From Planctomycetales bacterium (GTDB taxonomy: Bacteria; Omnitrophota; Gorgyraeia; Gygaellales; Profunditerraquicolaceae): a stretch of 64,000 nt of DNA. The position numbers and the translations under genes are program-made. The DNA is taken from the NCBI GenBank assembly GCA_005239725.1, contig SBBM01000045.1, positions 33,724 to 97,723 on the forward strand, read 5' to 3'. Positions 9,774 to 18,554 of this stretch are shown here, piece after piece. Position 1 is the first letter of the stretch, and every line of letters starts with the position of its first letter. A model generated the notes under the pieces. It searched no databases and had not been told where the DNA came from. It saw nothing but the letters and a program-made list of their open reading frames with translations.

Positions 9774-10451
9774 ATGCCGCTACTTTCGGTGATACTCCCG
9801 GTTTACAACGAGGTCAATACAGTGAGGGGCATTCTGGAAAAGGTTAGTTCTGTAAATATTGACAAGGAAATCATTGTCGTTGATGACGGCTCTTTTGACG
9901 GAACGGAGAGGACGCTAAAAGATATAAGGCTTGATAATATGAAGATTATCCATCATAGTCGCAATAGAGGGAAGGGCGCGGCTTTCCTGACCGGGCTAAA
10001 CAACGCAAGCGGAGAATTTGTCATAATCCAGGATGCGGACCTGGAATATAATCCGGACGAATATTTGAAATTAATGGCTGAGATGAAAAAGGGGGATGCG
10101 GATATCATTCTGGGGGCAAGGTTTATGGAGGGGTATTACGGCTCTTTTGTCCCGCGCTTTGGCAACCGCTTATTGACGAATTTGTTGAATTTCTTTTTTG
10201 GAATTAAACTCAATGACTGCTTCACTTGTTATAAAATGTTCCGGCGGGACACAATTAATAAGTTAAATCTTAAAGAGCAGAATTTCACAATTGAGACGGA
10301 GATAATCGCCAAGGCTTTAAAAAGGGGCTTAAGCATAAGAGAGGTCCCCATATCCTATCGGCCGCGCAGTTACTCAGAGGGCAAGAAAATACGCGTAAAA
10401 GACGGCATCCGCGCGATAATAAGCATCTTCAAGTACCGTTTTTCAGCTTAA
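9774..10451 (+). CDS. GT2 polyprenol-phosphate glycosyltransferase (DPM1-like)
   Basis: PVYNE, VDDGSFDG, QDADLEYNP and EVPISYRPR..EGKK motifs. Confidence 0.9.
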   Translation: MPLLSVILPVYNEVNTVRGILEKVSSVNIDKEIIVVDDGSFDGTERTLKDIRLDNMKIIHHSRNRGKGAAFLTGLNNASGEFVIIQDADLEYNPDEYLKLMAEMKKGDADIILGARFMEGYYGSFVPRFGNRLLTNLLNFFFGIKLNDCFTCYKMFRRDTINKLNLKEQNFTIETEIIAKALKRGLSIREVPISYRPRSYSEGKKIRVKDGIRAIISIFKYRFSA

Positions 10452-10453
10452 GA

Positions 10454-11692
10454 ATGCAAAACATAATTAAATATCTGGAACGTGCAGTTTATTGGGCGAT
10501 TGTCACTATTCCTTTGAGTATGGCGATTTCTCCTGCCCTGATGAATGGATTTATGGGCCTGGCGCTATCGGGTTTTCTGATAAAAAGGGCTTTGAAGAGG
10601 GAAGATATTTTCATAAAAACCCCGGTAAACCTGCCGCTGGCATTCCTTTTTGCGTTAACCCTATTATCGCTTTTTAATACGGTAAGCCTGAAGGATAGTT
10701 TCAGGGGGGGAGTGCTCAGGTTTTTACAGTATATCTTTATGCTCTTGGCGGTTAGCGGAGAAGTAAAAGACAAACGGCAGATTAAAATGATTGTGTTTTC
10801 GGTTATCGTCGGTTTGTTATTTACGGCTGGCGATGAAATCTGGCAGGTGTTTGCGGGAAAGGATTTTGTGCGCGGGTATGATGTAGTAGTAAATATTGGC
10901 TTAGTGCGCGCAACAGCCTCTTTCAAAGATTCAAATACACTGGGTATTTATTTGAGCGCAATCGCGCCGCTGGTATTCGGATTAACCCTTTATTATCTTA
11001 AAGGCAAACGTAAGATTGCCGGGGTTATTTGCAGTTTTATTGCCCTGGCGGCAATCGCGCTTACTTATTCAAGACCAACCCTGCTTGCCACCTACGTAGC
11101 ATTATTTTTTCTCGGGGTGGTACGAAAAGACAAGGGTATGATAATTTTTCTGGTTGGGTTCGCGCTTATTTCGCCTTTTTTATTGCCTAAATCCGTTAGA
11201 AATTTGGCAAAGGAAGTTAATTATAATCCGTTAAGGTTTATGTGCAATGATGACCGGATAGCGGTTTACCGCAATTCCCTTAACATGATAAAGGCCCATC
11301 CCTTTATCGGGGTCGGGGCGAATGCCTTCATGTCAAGTTATAAATACTACAAGGAATTCCCGGAATACCGCAATGTGGTTACGCTCGAGGAGATGAAGGC
11401 GCATAATAATTTTCTGCACATGGCCGGGGAAATAGGTTTAATCGGCTTATCTGTATTCTTATGGCTGCTATACAAACTGTTTAGGGAATGCGCGGATATT
11501 TATAAAAAATTAAGCGATGATTATATTAAAATTGTATCGCTTTCCTTAATTGCCTGTATTATCGCATTCTTAGTTAATGGCCTTACCGAAAGCAGCCTTT
11601 ATTATTCCAGGGTGGCCCTGATATTCTGGTATTTAGCGGGTATGTCTTTAACGTTGCGCAAATTTTCCCATGGCGGAACAAACGCAAATTAG
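10454..11692 (+). CDS. O-antigen ligase (Wzy_C) family protein
   Basis: RATASF..SN, LTYSR, HPFIGVG and AHNNFLHMAGEIG motifs. Confidence 0.85.
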   Translation: MQNIIKYLERAVYWAIVTIPLSMAISPALMNGFMGLALSGFLIKRALKREDIFIKTPVNLPLAFLFALTLLSLFNTVSLKDSFRGGVLRFLQYIFMLLAVSGEVKDKRQIKMIVFSVIVGLLFTAGDEIWQVFAGKDFVRGYDVVVNIGLVRATASFKDSNTLGIYLSAIAPLVFGLTLYYLKGKRKIAGVICSFIALAAIALTYSRPTLLATYVALFFLGVVRKDKGMIIFLVGFALISPFLLPKSVRNLAKEVNYNPLRFMCNDDRIAVYRNSLNMIKAHPFIGVGANAFMSSYKYYKEFPEYRNVVTLEEMKAHNNFLHMAGEIGLIGLSVFLWLLYKLFRECADIYKKLSDDYIKIVSLSLIACIIAFLVNGLTESSLYYSRVALIFWYLAGMSLTLRKFSHGGTNAN

Positions 11693-12647
11693 GAATATCC
11701 TGGTTTTTCGTAACGACAGGTTCGGGGAGTTTCTGCTTAACATTCCTGCTTTCCGGGCATTAAAAGAATCATTTCCCTCTGCCAGGTTAATTTTAGTGCT
11801 TGACCCTTATGTTAAACCTTTAGCAGAAAGATTAAATTATATCGATGAAATAATTGAATGGAGGAGTGGCCGCCATAGATTAACGGAGAAAATCAAGATA
11901 ATCAGGTTTCTGCGCGCAAAAAATATTGATATGGCCGTAATGTTAAACCCTTCCCGGGATTTTAATATTATTACTTACCTGGCGGGGATTCCGCTGCGGG
12001 TGGGTTATGATAGAAAATTCAGCTTCCTGCTCACAAGCCGGATGGGGGATGAAAAGTATTTGGGATTAAAACATGAGGTAGAATACAATCTTGAGCTGGT
12101 TGCCCTTGCCGGTGCGCATACGCAGGATAAGTCCTTATCCTTGAATATAGATAAAGAGATAGCCGGCAGCCTGTTGAAGAAATCCGGCATAAAAGAAGGA
12201 GATATGTTGGTGGCAATACATCCCTGGACATCAGTTCCCCTAAAACAGTGGCCTTTAGAAAATTTTATTTCTTTAATTGATAAATTGTTGAAGAGATTTC
12301 CGGTTAAAATTATTGTCGTAGGGGGAAGAGAAGAGGCTGTAAAAAGCCCGGGGTTCTTTAATGGTCTGGGGGTAAATGTAGCTAATCTCTCCGGGAAAAC
12401 AACGTTATTGGAGCTCGGCGCGCTGCTTAAGGCCTGCAGGGTGCTTGTTTCTGCTGACAGCGGGCCTGTTCATCTTGCCGCGAGCGTAGGTACTCCGGCT
12501 GTCGCGATTTTCAGAAATGATATCCCCGGGAAAAACCCGGAAAGATGGGGGCCGTGGGGAGAGCGCCATGTCGTAATTGGAAAAAGCAGCCTTAGAGATA
12601 TAACCGTAGATGAGGTTTTTCAGTGTACGAAAAAATTCTTGTCATAA
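11670..12647 (+). CDS. GT9 heptosyltransferase-family protein
   Basis: RNDRFGE, KQWP, DSGPVHLA and RWGP motifs. Confidence 0.85.
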   Translation: MAEQTQIRNILVFRNDRFGEFLLNIPAFRALKESFPSARLILVLDPYVKPLAERLNYIDEIIEWRSGRHRLTEKIKIIRFLRAKNIDMAVMLNPSRDFNIITYLAGIPLRVGYDRKFSFLLTSRMGDEKYLGLKHEVEYNLELVALAGAHTQDKSLSLNIDKEIAGSLLKKSGIKEGDMLVAIHPWTSVPLKQWPLENFISLIDKLLKRFPVKIIVVGGREEAVKSPGFFNGLGVNVANLSGKTTLLELGALLKACRVLVSADSGPVHLAASVGTPAVAIFRNDIPGKNPERWGPWGERHVVIGKSSLRDITVDEVFQCTKKFLS

Positions 12648-13720
12648 ACCCCTTTGGTATCGGCGATGTATTGTTTACCACTCCGATAATCCATACTTTA
12701 AAAGATTCCAATCCTCAGGGAAAAATCGGGTATTTATGCAACCGCCGCAGCAGCCCTCTCCTGCGGGATAATCCGTATATAGATTATCTATTCATATACG
12801 AAAGGGATGAGTTTGATAAAATAAAAAGACGCAATTATTTTGCCTGGATTAAGGAAAATATCAAATTCCTGGAGCAGATTAAGGAGCGGCATTTCGATTT
12901 GGCGATTGATTTTTCCCTGAATACTCAATACGGATTTTTCAGCTGGTACGCAGGCATAAAGACCAGGATTGGCTATGATTTTAAGGGCAGGGGTTGGCTT
13001 CTTACGCGTAAAATAAAATTGCCGGCGGGTTACAATAGCAAGCACATCGTGGAATACTATGCCGCTCTCCTCGGGTTTATCGGCTTAGAATTGAAATGCA
13101 GGAAATTGGAACTATTTCTTGAAAATGAGAATGTAAGACATGCCGAAGAAATGCTTGAACGTGGGGGTATAGGCGGATCGGATTTACTGGTAGGGATTGT
13201 GCCCGGGGCGGGGAGAAGCTGGGGGGGCAGCGCATATTTAAAGCATTGGCCGGCAGAAAATTTTGCCCGGCTGGCGGATAAAATAATTGAAAATTATCCG
13301 GCAAAGATTATAATAATTGGTGATTCAAGCGAAAAAGAAATCTGTAACAAGGTAATTTCTGGCATGCAGCATCCGGCAATAGACCTATCCGGCAGGACCA
13401 CTCCGGGAGAATTAGCCGCATTGTTAAGCAAAATGAAATTAGTTATTACCAACGACGGCGGGCCATTACATATGGCAGTAGCGCTCGGCATCAAAACAGT
13501 TTCGGTTTTTGGCCCGGTCAATGATGTTGTTTATGGACCGTATCCCCCGGGAAAAGGGCACATAGTTGTTAAAAGCAAAGTACCATGCCGTCCTTGCTAT
13601 AAGAATTTCCGGGTTTCTGAGTGCGCCAATCCGCAGGAATGCCTGAGCGGGATTAATCCCGATGAGGTATTTTCTGCAGCCAAAGCCTGCTTGTCGGCAG
13701 ACAGGGAGTCATTGCAATGA
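12623..13720 (+). CDS. waaF: LPS heptosyltransferase II-like (GT9)
   Basis: GIGDVLF, KHWP, TNDGGPLHMA and CRPC...C..C motifs. Confidence 0.7.
   Translation: MYEKILVINPFGIGDVLFTTPIIHTLKDSNPQGKIGYLCNRRSSPLLRDNPYIDYLFIYERDEFDKIKRRNYFAWIKENIKFLEQIKERHFDLAIDFSLNTQYGFFSWYAGIKTRIGYDFKGRGWLLTRKIKLPAGYNSKHIVEYYAALLGFIGLELKCRKLELFLENENVRHAEEMLERGGIGGSDLLVGIVPGAGRSWGGSAYLKHWPAENFARLADKIIENYPAKIIIIGDSSEKEICNKVISGMQHPAIDLSGRTTPGELAALLSKMKLVITNDGGPLHMAVALGIKTVSVFGPVNDVVYGPYPPGKGHIVVKSKVPCRPCYKNFRVSECANPQECLSGINPDEVFSAAKACLSADRESLQ
13686..13705. repeat. 20-bp palindromic element (CCTGCCTGCCGGCAGGCAGG type) inside the waaF 3' end
   Basis: CCTGCTTGTCGGCAGACAGG, 16/20 identical to the copy in argC. Confidence 0.55.
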
Positions 13721-14823
13721 GAATTCCATTTATTGACCTGAATGCCCAATATGCCGAGATAAAGAAAGACTTGCAAGCATCTTTTGACGCCATAATGAAG
13801 AGGGGGGATTTTATTTTGGGCAAAGAGGTGGTGCTATTCGAAAAGGAATTCGCCGGATATTCAAAGCGAAAATTCGCCCTGGGGGTCAATTCTGGCACCG
13901 ATGCCCTTTTTTTAGGGTTGCTGAGTCTGGGTATCGGCAAAGGCGATGAGGTTATCGTGCCGGCATTTACATATATTGCCACGGCGTTTGCGGTTACCTA
14001 TACCGGGGCGCGGCCTGTTTTCGTAGATATCAGCAGGGATAGTTACAATATTGATACAAATAAAATCAGTGCGGCAATCACAAAAAGGACCAAGGCGATA
14101 ATGCCCGTCCATCTTTATGGGCAGTGTGCGGATATGGCGCCAATTTTGGAAATTGCCAAAACGCATAAACTGAAAGTTATCGAAGATGCGGCGCAGGCGC
14201 ACGGCGCACTTTATAAAAATCGGATGGCCGGCTCAATAGGCGATATCGGATGCTTTAGCTTTTATCCCACCAAAAACCTGGGTGGATTTGGCGACGGCGG
14301 GTTGATTTTGACGGATAACCCGGAGATTTATAAGAGGCTTTTTAAATTGCGCGACTACGGTCGGAAGACAAGGTACGAGCACGTTAACCTGGGATATAAC
14401 TCCCGCCTGGATACCCTGCAGGCTGCGGTTTTATCCATAAAACTTAAACATCTGGAAAAATGGAATAATATGCGCCGCAGGAACGCCAAAATTTATAATG
14501 CTATGCTTAAGCCCGCGGATAATATAATTACCCCTGAAGAAAGCGGTTACGCCAGGCACGTTTACCATGTATATGCGGTCAGGGTTAAGGATAGGGATAG
14601 GGTGGTTAATGAGCTCCGCGAGAATAAGATAAGCGCCATTGTTCATTATCCCGTACCCTTGCACCTGCAGGAAGTATTTAGCGGCTTGGGTTATAAGAAT
14701 GGCGATTTCCCGGTTGCTGAAAAGATAGCCCATGAGGTAATCTCGTTGCCGATGTACCCGCATTTAAAGGAGAGGCAGATTAAATTTATTGCGGACACGC
14801 TGATAAAAATTACAAGGGATTAA
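13717..14823 (+). CDS. DegT/DnrJ/EryC1/StrS sugar aminotransferase
   Basis: NSGTDAL, EDAAQAHG, SFYPTKNLG and GYNSRLD motifs. Confidence 0.95.
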   Translation: MRIPFIDLNAQYAEIKKDLQASFDAIMKRGDFILGKEVVLFEKEFAGYSKRKFALGVNSGTDALFLGLLSLGIGKGDEVIVPAFTYIATAFAVTYTGARPVFVDISRDSYNIDTNKISAAITKRTKAIMPVHLYGQCADMAPILEIAKTHKLKVIEDAAQAHGALYKNRMAGSIGDIGCFSFYPTKNLGGFGDGGLILTDNPEIYKRLFKLRDYGRKTRYEHVNLGYNSRLDTLQAAVLSIKLKHLEKWNNMRRRNAKIYNAMLKPADNIITPEESGYARHVYHVYAVRVKDRDRVVNELRENKISAIVHYPVPLHLQEVFSGLGYKNGDFPVAEKIAHEVISLPMYPHLKERQIKFIADTLIKITRD

Positions 14824-14826
14824 CAG

Positions 14827-15642
14827 GTGAACGATAAGCCCGGACTTTCGGTAGTGGTTTTGACTAAAAATGAGGAAGAGAGGATTGCTGCTGCTCTTAA
14901 TTCCGTAAGATGGGCGGATGAAATCATCGTGGTTGATGATGAAAGCACAGATGGGACCGTTGAAATCGCTAAGGGCTATACGGATAAAATCTTTATAAAA
15001 AAGATGGATCTGGAGGGCAGGCACAGAAACTGGGCGTACGGGCAGGCCAAGAATAAATGGGTTTTAAGTTTAGATGCAGATGAGATAATTACGTCGGAAT
15101 TAAGGGAAGAGATAACCGCACTGCTAAAAGGGAATCCTCCGGAAAACGGCTTTACCATCCCGCGCAGGAATTACATCGGCGATTACTGGGTTAAATACGG
15201 CGGCTGGTATCCCAGCCCCCAGCTCAGGTTATTTCAGAAAGATAAATTTCGTTATGAGGAAGTGGCGGTGCATCCCCGGGCGTTCATGCCTGACCCTTGC
15301 GGGCATCTAAAGTCTGATATGATCCATTATACCTACCGCGATTTTGAGGATTTTTTGGCTAAGCTTAATAAGCAAACAACCTGGGAAGCCAGGAAATGGC
15401 ATAGCCAGGGTAAGCCTATGCGTCTGGGCAGGTTTTTGTGGCGGACGCTTGACAGGTTTATGCGTACATATGTGGGAAGAAAAGGTTATAAAGACGGGTC
15501 CATCGGTCTGGCGGTTGCATTTTTCGCCGGCGTGTATCAATTTGTCAGCTATTTAAAGTACCGGGAGTTAATAAATTGCCCCGCCAGTGCCGGCGGGGTT
15601 TCGCTAAATAAAAATGTTTGTGCTCAAAAAGGAGAGAAGTAA
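14827..15642 (+). CDS. GT2 LPS glycosyltransferase (WaaE/KdtX-like)
   Basis: TKNEE, WADEIIVVD, WVLSLDADE and GWYP..RLF motifs. Confidence 0.85.
   Translation: MNDKPGLSVVVLTKNEEERIAAALNSVRWADEIIVVDDESTDGTVEIAKGYTDKIFIKKMDLEGRHRNWAYGQAKNKWVLSLDADEIITSELREEITALLKGNPPENGFTIPRRNYIGDYWVKYGGWYPSPQLRLFQKDKFRYEEVAVHPRAFMPDPCGHLKSDMIHYTYRDFEDFLAKLNKQTTWEARKWHSQGKPMRLGRFLWRTLDRFMRTYVGRKGYKDGSIGLAVAFFAGVYQFVSYLKYRELINCPASAGGVSLNKNVCAQKGEK
15579..15614. repeat. GC hairpin followed by TTTCGCTAAA
   Basis: CCCCGCC-N6-GGCGGGG-TTTCGCTAAATAAAAA. Related copies at 52475, 28357 and 24714. Confidence 0.55.
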
Positions 15643-16686
15643 ATGAGGGTGTTGATTACGGGTGGGGCGGGCATGGTCGGATCCCATGCGGCTGAGTTCT
15701 TTGCGCTGGATAATCCGAAGAATAAAGTTATTGTTTTGGACAACCTTATGCGTTCGCAGATTTTCGGGTATGATAAGGCATCAGTTGAATTTAACTGGAA
15801 TTATCTGAAAAAATTTAAAAATATCGAGCGTATTAAAGGCGATGTGCGCAATGATAGGGATGTTGCCAGGGGCGTAGGCAAAGGAGTGGATGTGGTAATC
15901 CACACCGCAGGCCAGCCCGGAGTGCCTTCCAGCGTGCGCATGCCTTTAGAAGATTTCAGCATTAATGCCTTCGGCACATTGAATGTCCTGGAATGGGCGC
16001 GCAAAAAATCAAAGGATACGGTAATTATTTATTGTTCGACAAATAAGGTTTACGGCGAAAATGTAGATAAAATCCCCTTAAGAGAAAAAGAGACGCGCTA
16101 TGTTTTTGACGGCCTAAGCGGGGTTTCGGAAGAAATGTGTACGGATTTAACCGGCCATACCCCTTACGGCGTCTCAAAGTTAGTCGGGGACCTGTATGTC
16201 CAGGAGTATAGTTACATATATAAAATGAAAACCGCGGTATTTCGCATGTCCTGTACCTACGGCACCCGGCAGTTCGGCTTTGAGGACCAGGGCTGGGTCG
16301 CCTGGTTTATCATCGCTGCACTTTTTAACAAACCGATTACGATTTACGGAAATGGAAAGCAGGTGCGCGATATGCTTTATGCCGATGACCTGGTGGATGC
16401 GTTCAACCGCTTTATTAAAAGCGATATGAAACGGGGTTTATTTAATATCGGAGGAGGACCGGAGAATACGATTTCCCTGCTGGAATTTCTGGATATTTTG
16501 AAAAATTTGACCGATAAAAGCCCGGAAGTGAATTTTGCGGACTGGCGGCCGTCTGACCAGAAGGTTTATATTACCGATACCCGAAAATTAGAAAACGCCC
16601 TTGGTTGGAAAATAAAGACCCCGGTTATGGAAGGCATAAAGAAATTGGCGCAGTGGATTCAAGAAAACGAAAAATGCTTCAAATAA
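15643..16686 (+). CDS. NAD-dependent epimerase/dehydratase, CDP-paratose/tyvelose epimerase-like
   Basis: TGGAGMVG, STNKVYG, YGVSK and RQFGFEDQGWVAWF motifs. Confidence 0.85.
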   Translation: MRVLITGGAGMVGSHAAEFFALDNPKNKVIVLDNLMRSQIFGYDKASVEFNWNYLKKFKNIERIKGDVRNDRDVARGVGKGVDVVIHTAGQPGVPSSVRMPLEDFSINAFGTLNVLEWARKKSKDTVIIYCSTNKVYGENVDKIPLREKETRYVFDGLSGVSEEMCTDLTGHTPYGVSKLVGDLYVQEYSYIYKMKTAVFRMSCTYGTRQFGFEDQGWVAWFIIAALFNKPITIYGNGKQVRDMLYADDLVDAFNRFIKSDMKRGLFNIGGGPENTISLLEFLDILKNLTDKSPEVNFADWRPSDQKVYITDTRKLENALGWKIKTPVMEGIKKLAQWIQENEKCFK

Positions 16687-16696
16687 CTAGTATTTA

Positions 16697-16810
16697 TAGT
16701 AGGGGGACGTAGTAGGGTAGTAGGGGACGTAGTAGGGGACGTTTCCCTTATTTACAACTTATATAGTAGGGGACGTTTCCCTTATTTACAACTTATGTTA
16801 TTGCAATAAG
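16697..16810. repeat. Stuttered tandem array of TAGTAGGG(GACG...) units ending in the left 47-bp inverted-repeat arm
   Basis: Units start at 16697, 16710, 16718, 16730 and 16764. The last two share 33 consecutive bp. Confidence 0.9.
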
Positions 16811-16834
16811 AAGCGCACACCCATTGTGGAAATT

Positions 16835-17389
16835 ATGAATGCGGTTTTTCTGGACAGAGACGGTGTAATAAATAAGTATCCGGGGGATAAGGAGTATGTA
16901 AAGTCCTGGGAGGAATTTTATTTTCTTCCCGGAGTTAAGGCGAGTCTTAAAAAACTAAGAGAGGCGGGATTCAGCGTTTTTATTATTTCTAACCAGGCCG
17001 GAGTGTCAAAAGGAATATTTTCGCAGGACAGCCTTGACCTGATTACGGAAAATATGCTCAAAAGATTAAAAGACGACGGCATAAATATTGACGGAGTATA
17101 TTACTGCATACACAAACCCGATGATAATTGTGCCTGTCGCAAGCCGAAGACCGGCCTTATCAAAACAGCAATAGCTAAGTCCAGGGGCAAAGAGATATCT
17201 TTATCCGGAAGTTATTTTGTCGGAGACACAATGGGGGATATAGAAACCGGCAAGGCAGCCGGCTTAAAAACAATCCTGGTTTTCTCCGGGAAAGAAAAAC
17301 TGGAGAATAAAGATAGCTGGAATGTGTTGCCGGATTTTACTGCCTCTAGCCTTCCCGAGGCAGTTGGTATAATATTAAATAATAAGTGA
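16835..17389 (+). CDS. gmhB: D-glycero-D-manno-heptose 1,7-bisphosphate phosphatase (HAD IIIA)
   Basis: FLDRDGVIN, ISNQAG, CIHKPDDNCACRKPK and VGD motifs. Confidence 0.85.
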   Translation: MNAVFLDRDGVINKYPGDKEYVKSWEEFYFLPGVKASLKKLREAGFSVFIISNQAGVSKGIFSQDSLDLITENMLKRLKDDGINIDGVYYCIHKPDDNCACRKPKTGLIKTAIAKSRGKEISLSGSYFVGDTMGDIETGKAAGLKTILVFSGKEKLENKDSWNVLPDFTASSLPEAVGIILNNK

Positions 17390-17412
17390 AAATCAGAAGA
17401 GGGGCGGCGGTA

Positions 17413-17474
17413 CTTGTTGTAACAACGTAAGTTACAAATAAGGGGACTGTCCCCTATTAGCTATTAGCATTAGG
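17413..17474. repeat. Right inverted-repeat arm (47 bp) plus CTATTAG stutter
   Basis: Reverse complement of 17413-17459 matches 16764-16810 at 37/47 by manual alignment. Followed by CTATTAG CTATTAG CATTAG. Confidence 0.8.
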
Positions 17475-18554
17475 ATGAAGATAATTATTGCGTATGTTTC
17501 GGCAGGCAAGGGGCATCAGGCGGCAGCAGAAGCGGTTTATGAACATATCAGGGAATATTGCCCCGGCTATGATACCAGAATTATTGACGCGCTTGATTAT
17601 ACAAAGGCTTCATTTTCGCGGATTTATGCCGGCGGGTATTATTTCCTGGTCAGCCACTTAAGGTGGCTCTGGTCTTTTTTTTATTATTTTTTTGCGGACA
17701 GATACCTTTCGCGCATATTTAATTTTTTTTCCCGCTTAAATAGCTCGCGGCTCATTTCCTATTTTCTCTCGGAAAACCCCGATGTTATTATAACCACGCA
17801 TTTTTTACCCGCCGAGGTTGCCTCCTATCTCAAAATAAAAGGCAGGTTAAACAGCCGCCTGGTTTCAATAATTACCGATTTCGGGGTGCATGCGGTTTGG
17901 GTTTCCGGGGATGCCGAGGCCTATATTGTGGGGGCGGATTATTCCGCGAATGAACTCGCTTCAAAAGGGGTGAAGAAAGGCAAGATTAAGACGTTCGGCA
18001 TGCCCATAAGTACAAAATTTTCCATAAAATCCGGGAAGCCCAGGGATAAATTCACGGTTTTAGTCGTGACCGGCTCTTTCGGTTTTTTTATGATTGAGAA
18101 AATCGTTGAGGCGCTTAGCCGGGAGGATATCAATCTTTCCGTAGTCTGCGGGAATAACCGGAAATTGTATGCGAGGCTTGCAGCCAAAAGGTATGCCAAT
18201 GCCCGCATCTTTGGCTTTACCGACCAGATGCCGGAATTAATGTCAGAGGCTGACCTCATAATTACAAAACCCGGGGGATTGAGTATTGCCGAGGCGTTGG
18301 TCATGGACCTGCCCATGGTGTTGATTGACGGTATTCCGGGCCAGGAAGCCGAAAATGCCAAGATTCTGGAGGGTTATGGATGTGTCCTGAATGTGAAAGG
18401 CCTGGCAAAAATCCGGGATATAATTTTGGACCTGAAAAATAACCCTGAAAAATTAAGCCGGCTACGCGCAAATATCCAGAAGATTAAAAAGCCAGGGGCA
18501 TGCGAGGAGATTGCGAAATATGTATGCGCAGGTAGTGCTGGGGCTGCCGATTAG
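17475..18554 (+). CDS. MGDG synthase/UgtP-like GT28 glycosyltransferase
   Basis: SAGKGHQAAA, ITDF..H, TKPGGLS and IPGQEAEN motifs. Confidence 0.85.
   Translation: MKIIIAYVSAGKGHQAAAEAVYEHIREYCPGYDTRIIDALDYTKASFSRIYAGGYYFLVSHLRWLWSFFYYFFADRYLSRIFNFFSRLNSSRLISYFLSENPDVIITTHFLPAEVASYLKIKGRLNSRLVSIITDFGVHAVWVSGDAEAYIVGADYSANELASKGVKKGKIKTFGMPISTKFSIKSGKPRDKFTVLVVTGSFGFFMIEKIVEALSREDINLSVVCGNNRKLYARLAAKRYANARIFGFTDQMPELMSEADLIITKPGGLSIAEALVMDLPMVLIDGIPGQEAENAKILEGYGCVLNVKGLAKIRDIILDLKNNPEKLSRLRANIQKIKKPGACEEIAKYVCAGSAGAAD

Noticed and set aside
16697-16810. Possible CRISPR array
   Set aside because: Repeats abut without unique spacers, unit lengths vary, and no cas genes are present.
16780-16810. 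Chromosomal dif site (TTATGTTA resembles the XerD arm)
   Set aside because: No XerC arm at the right spacing, and it is part of the repeat described above.
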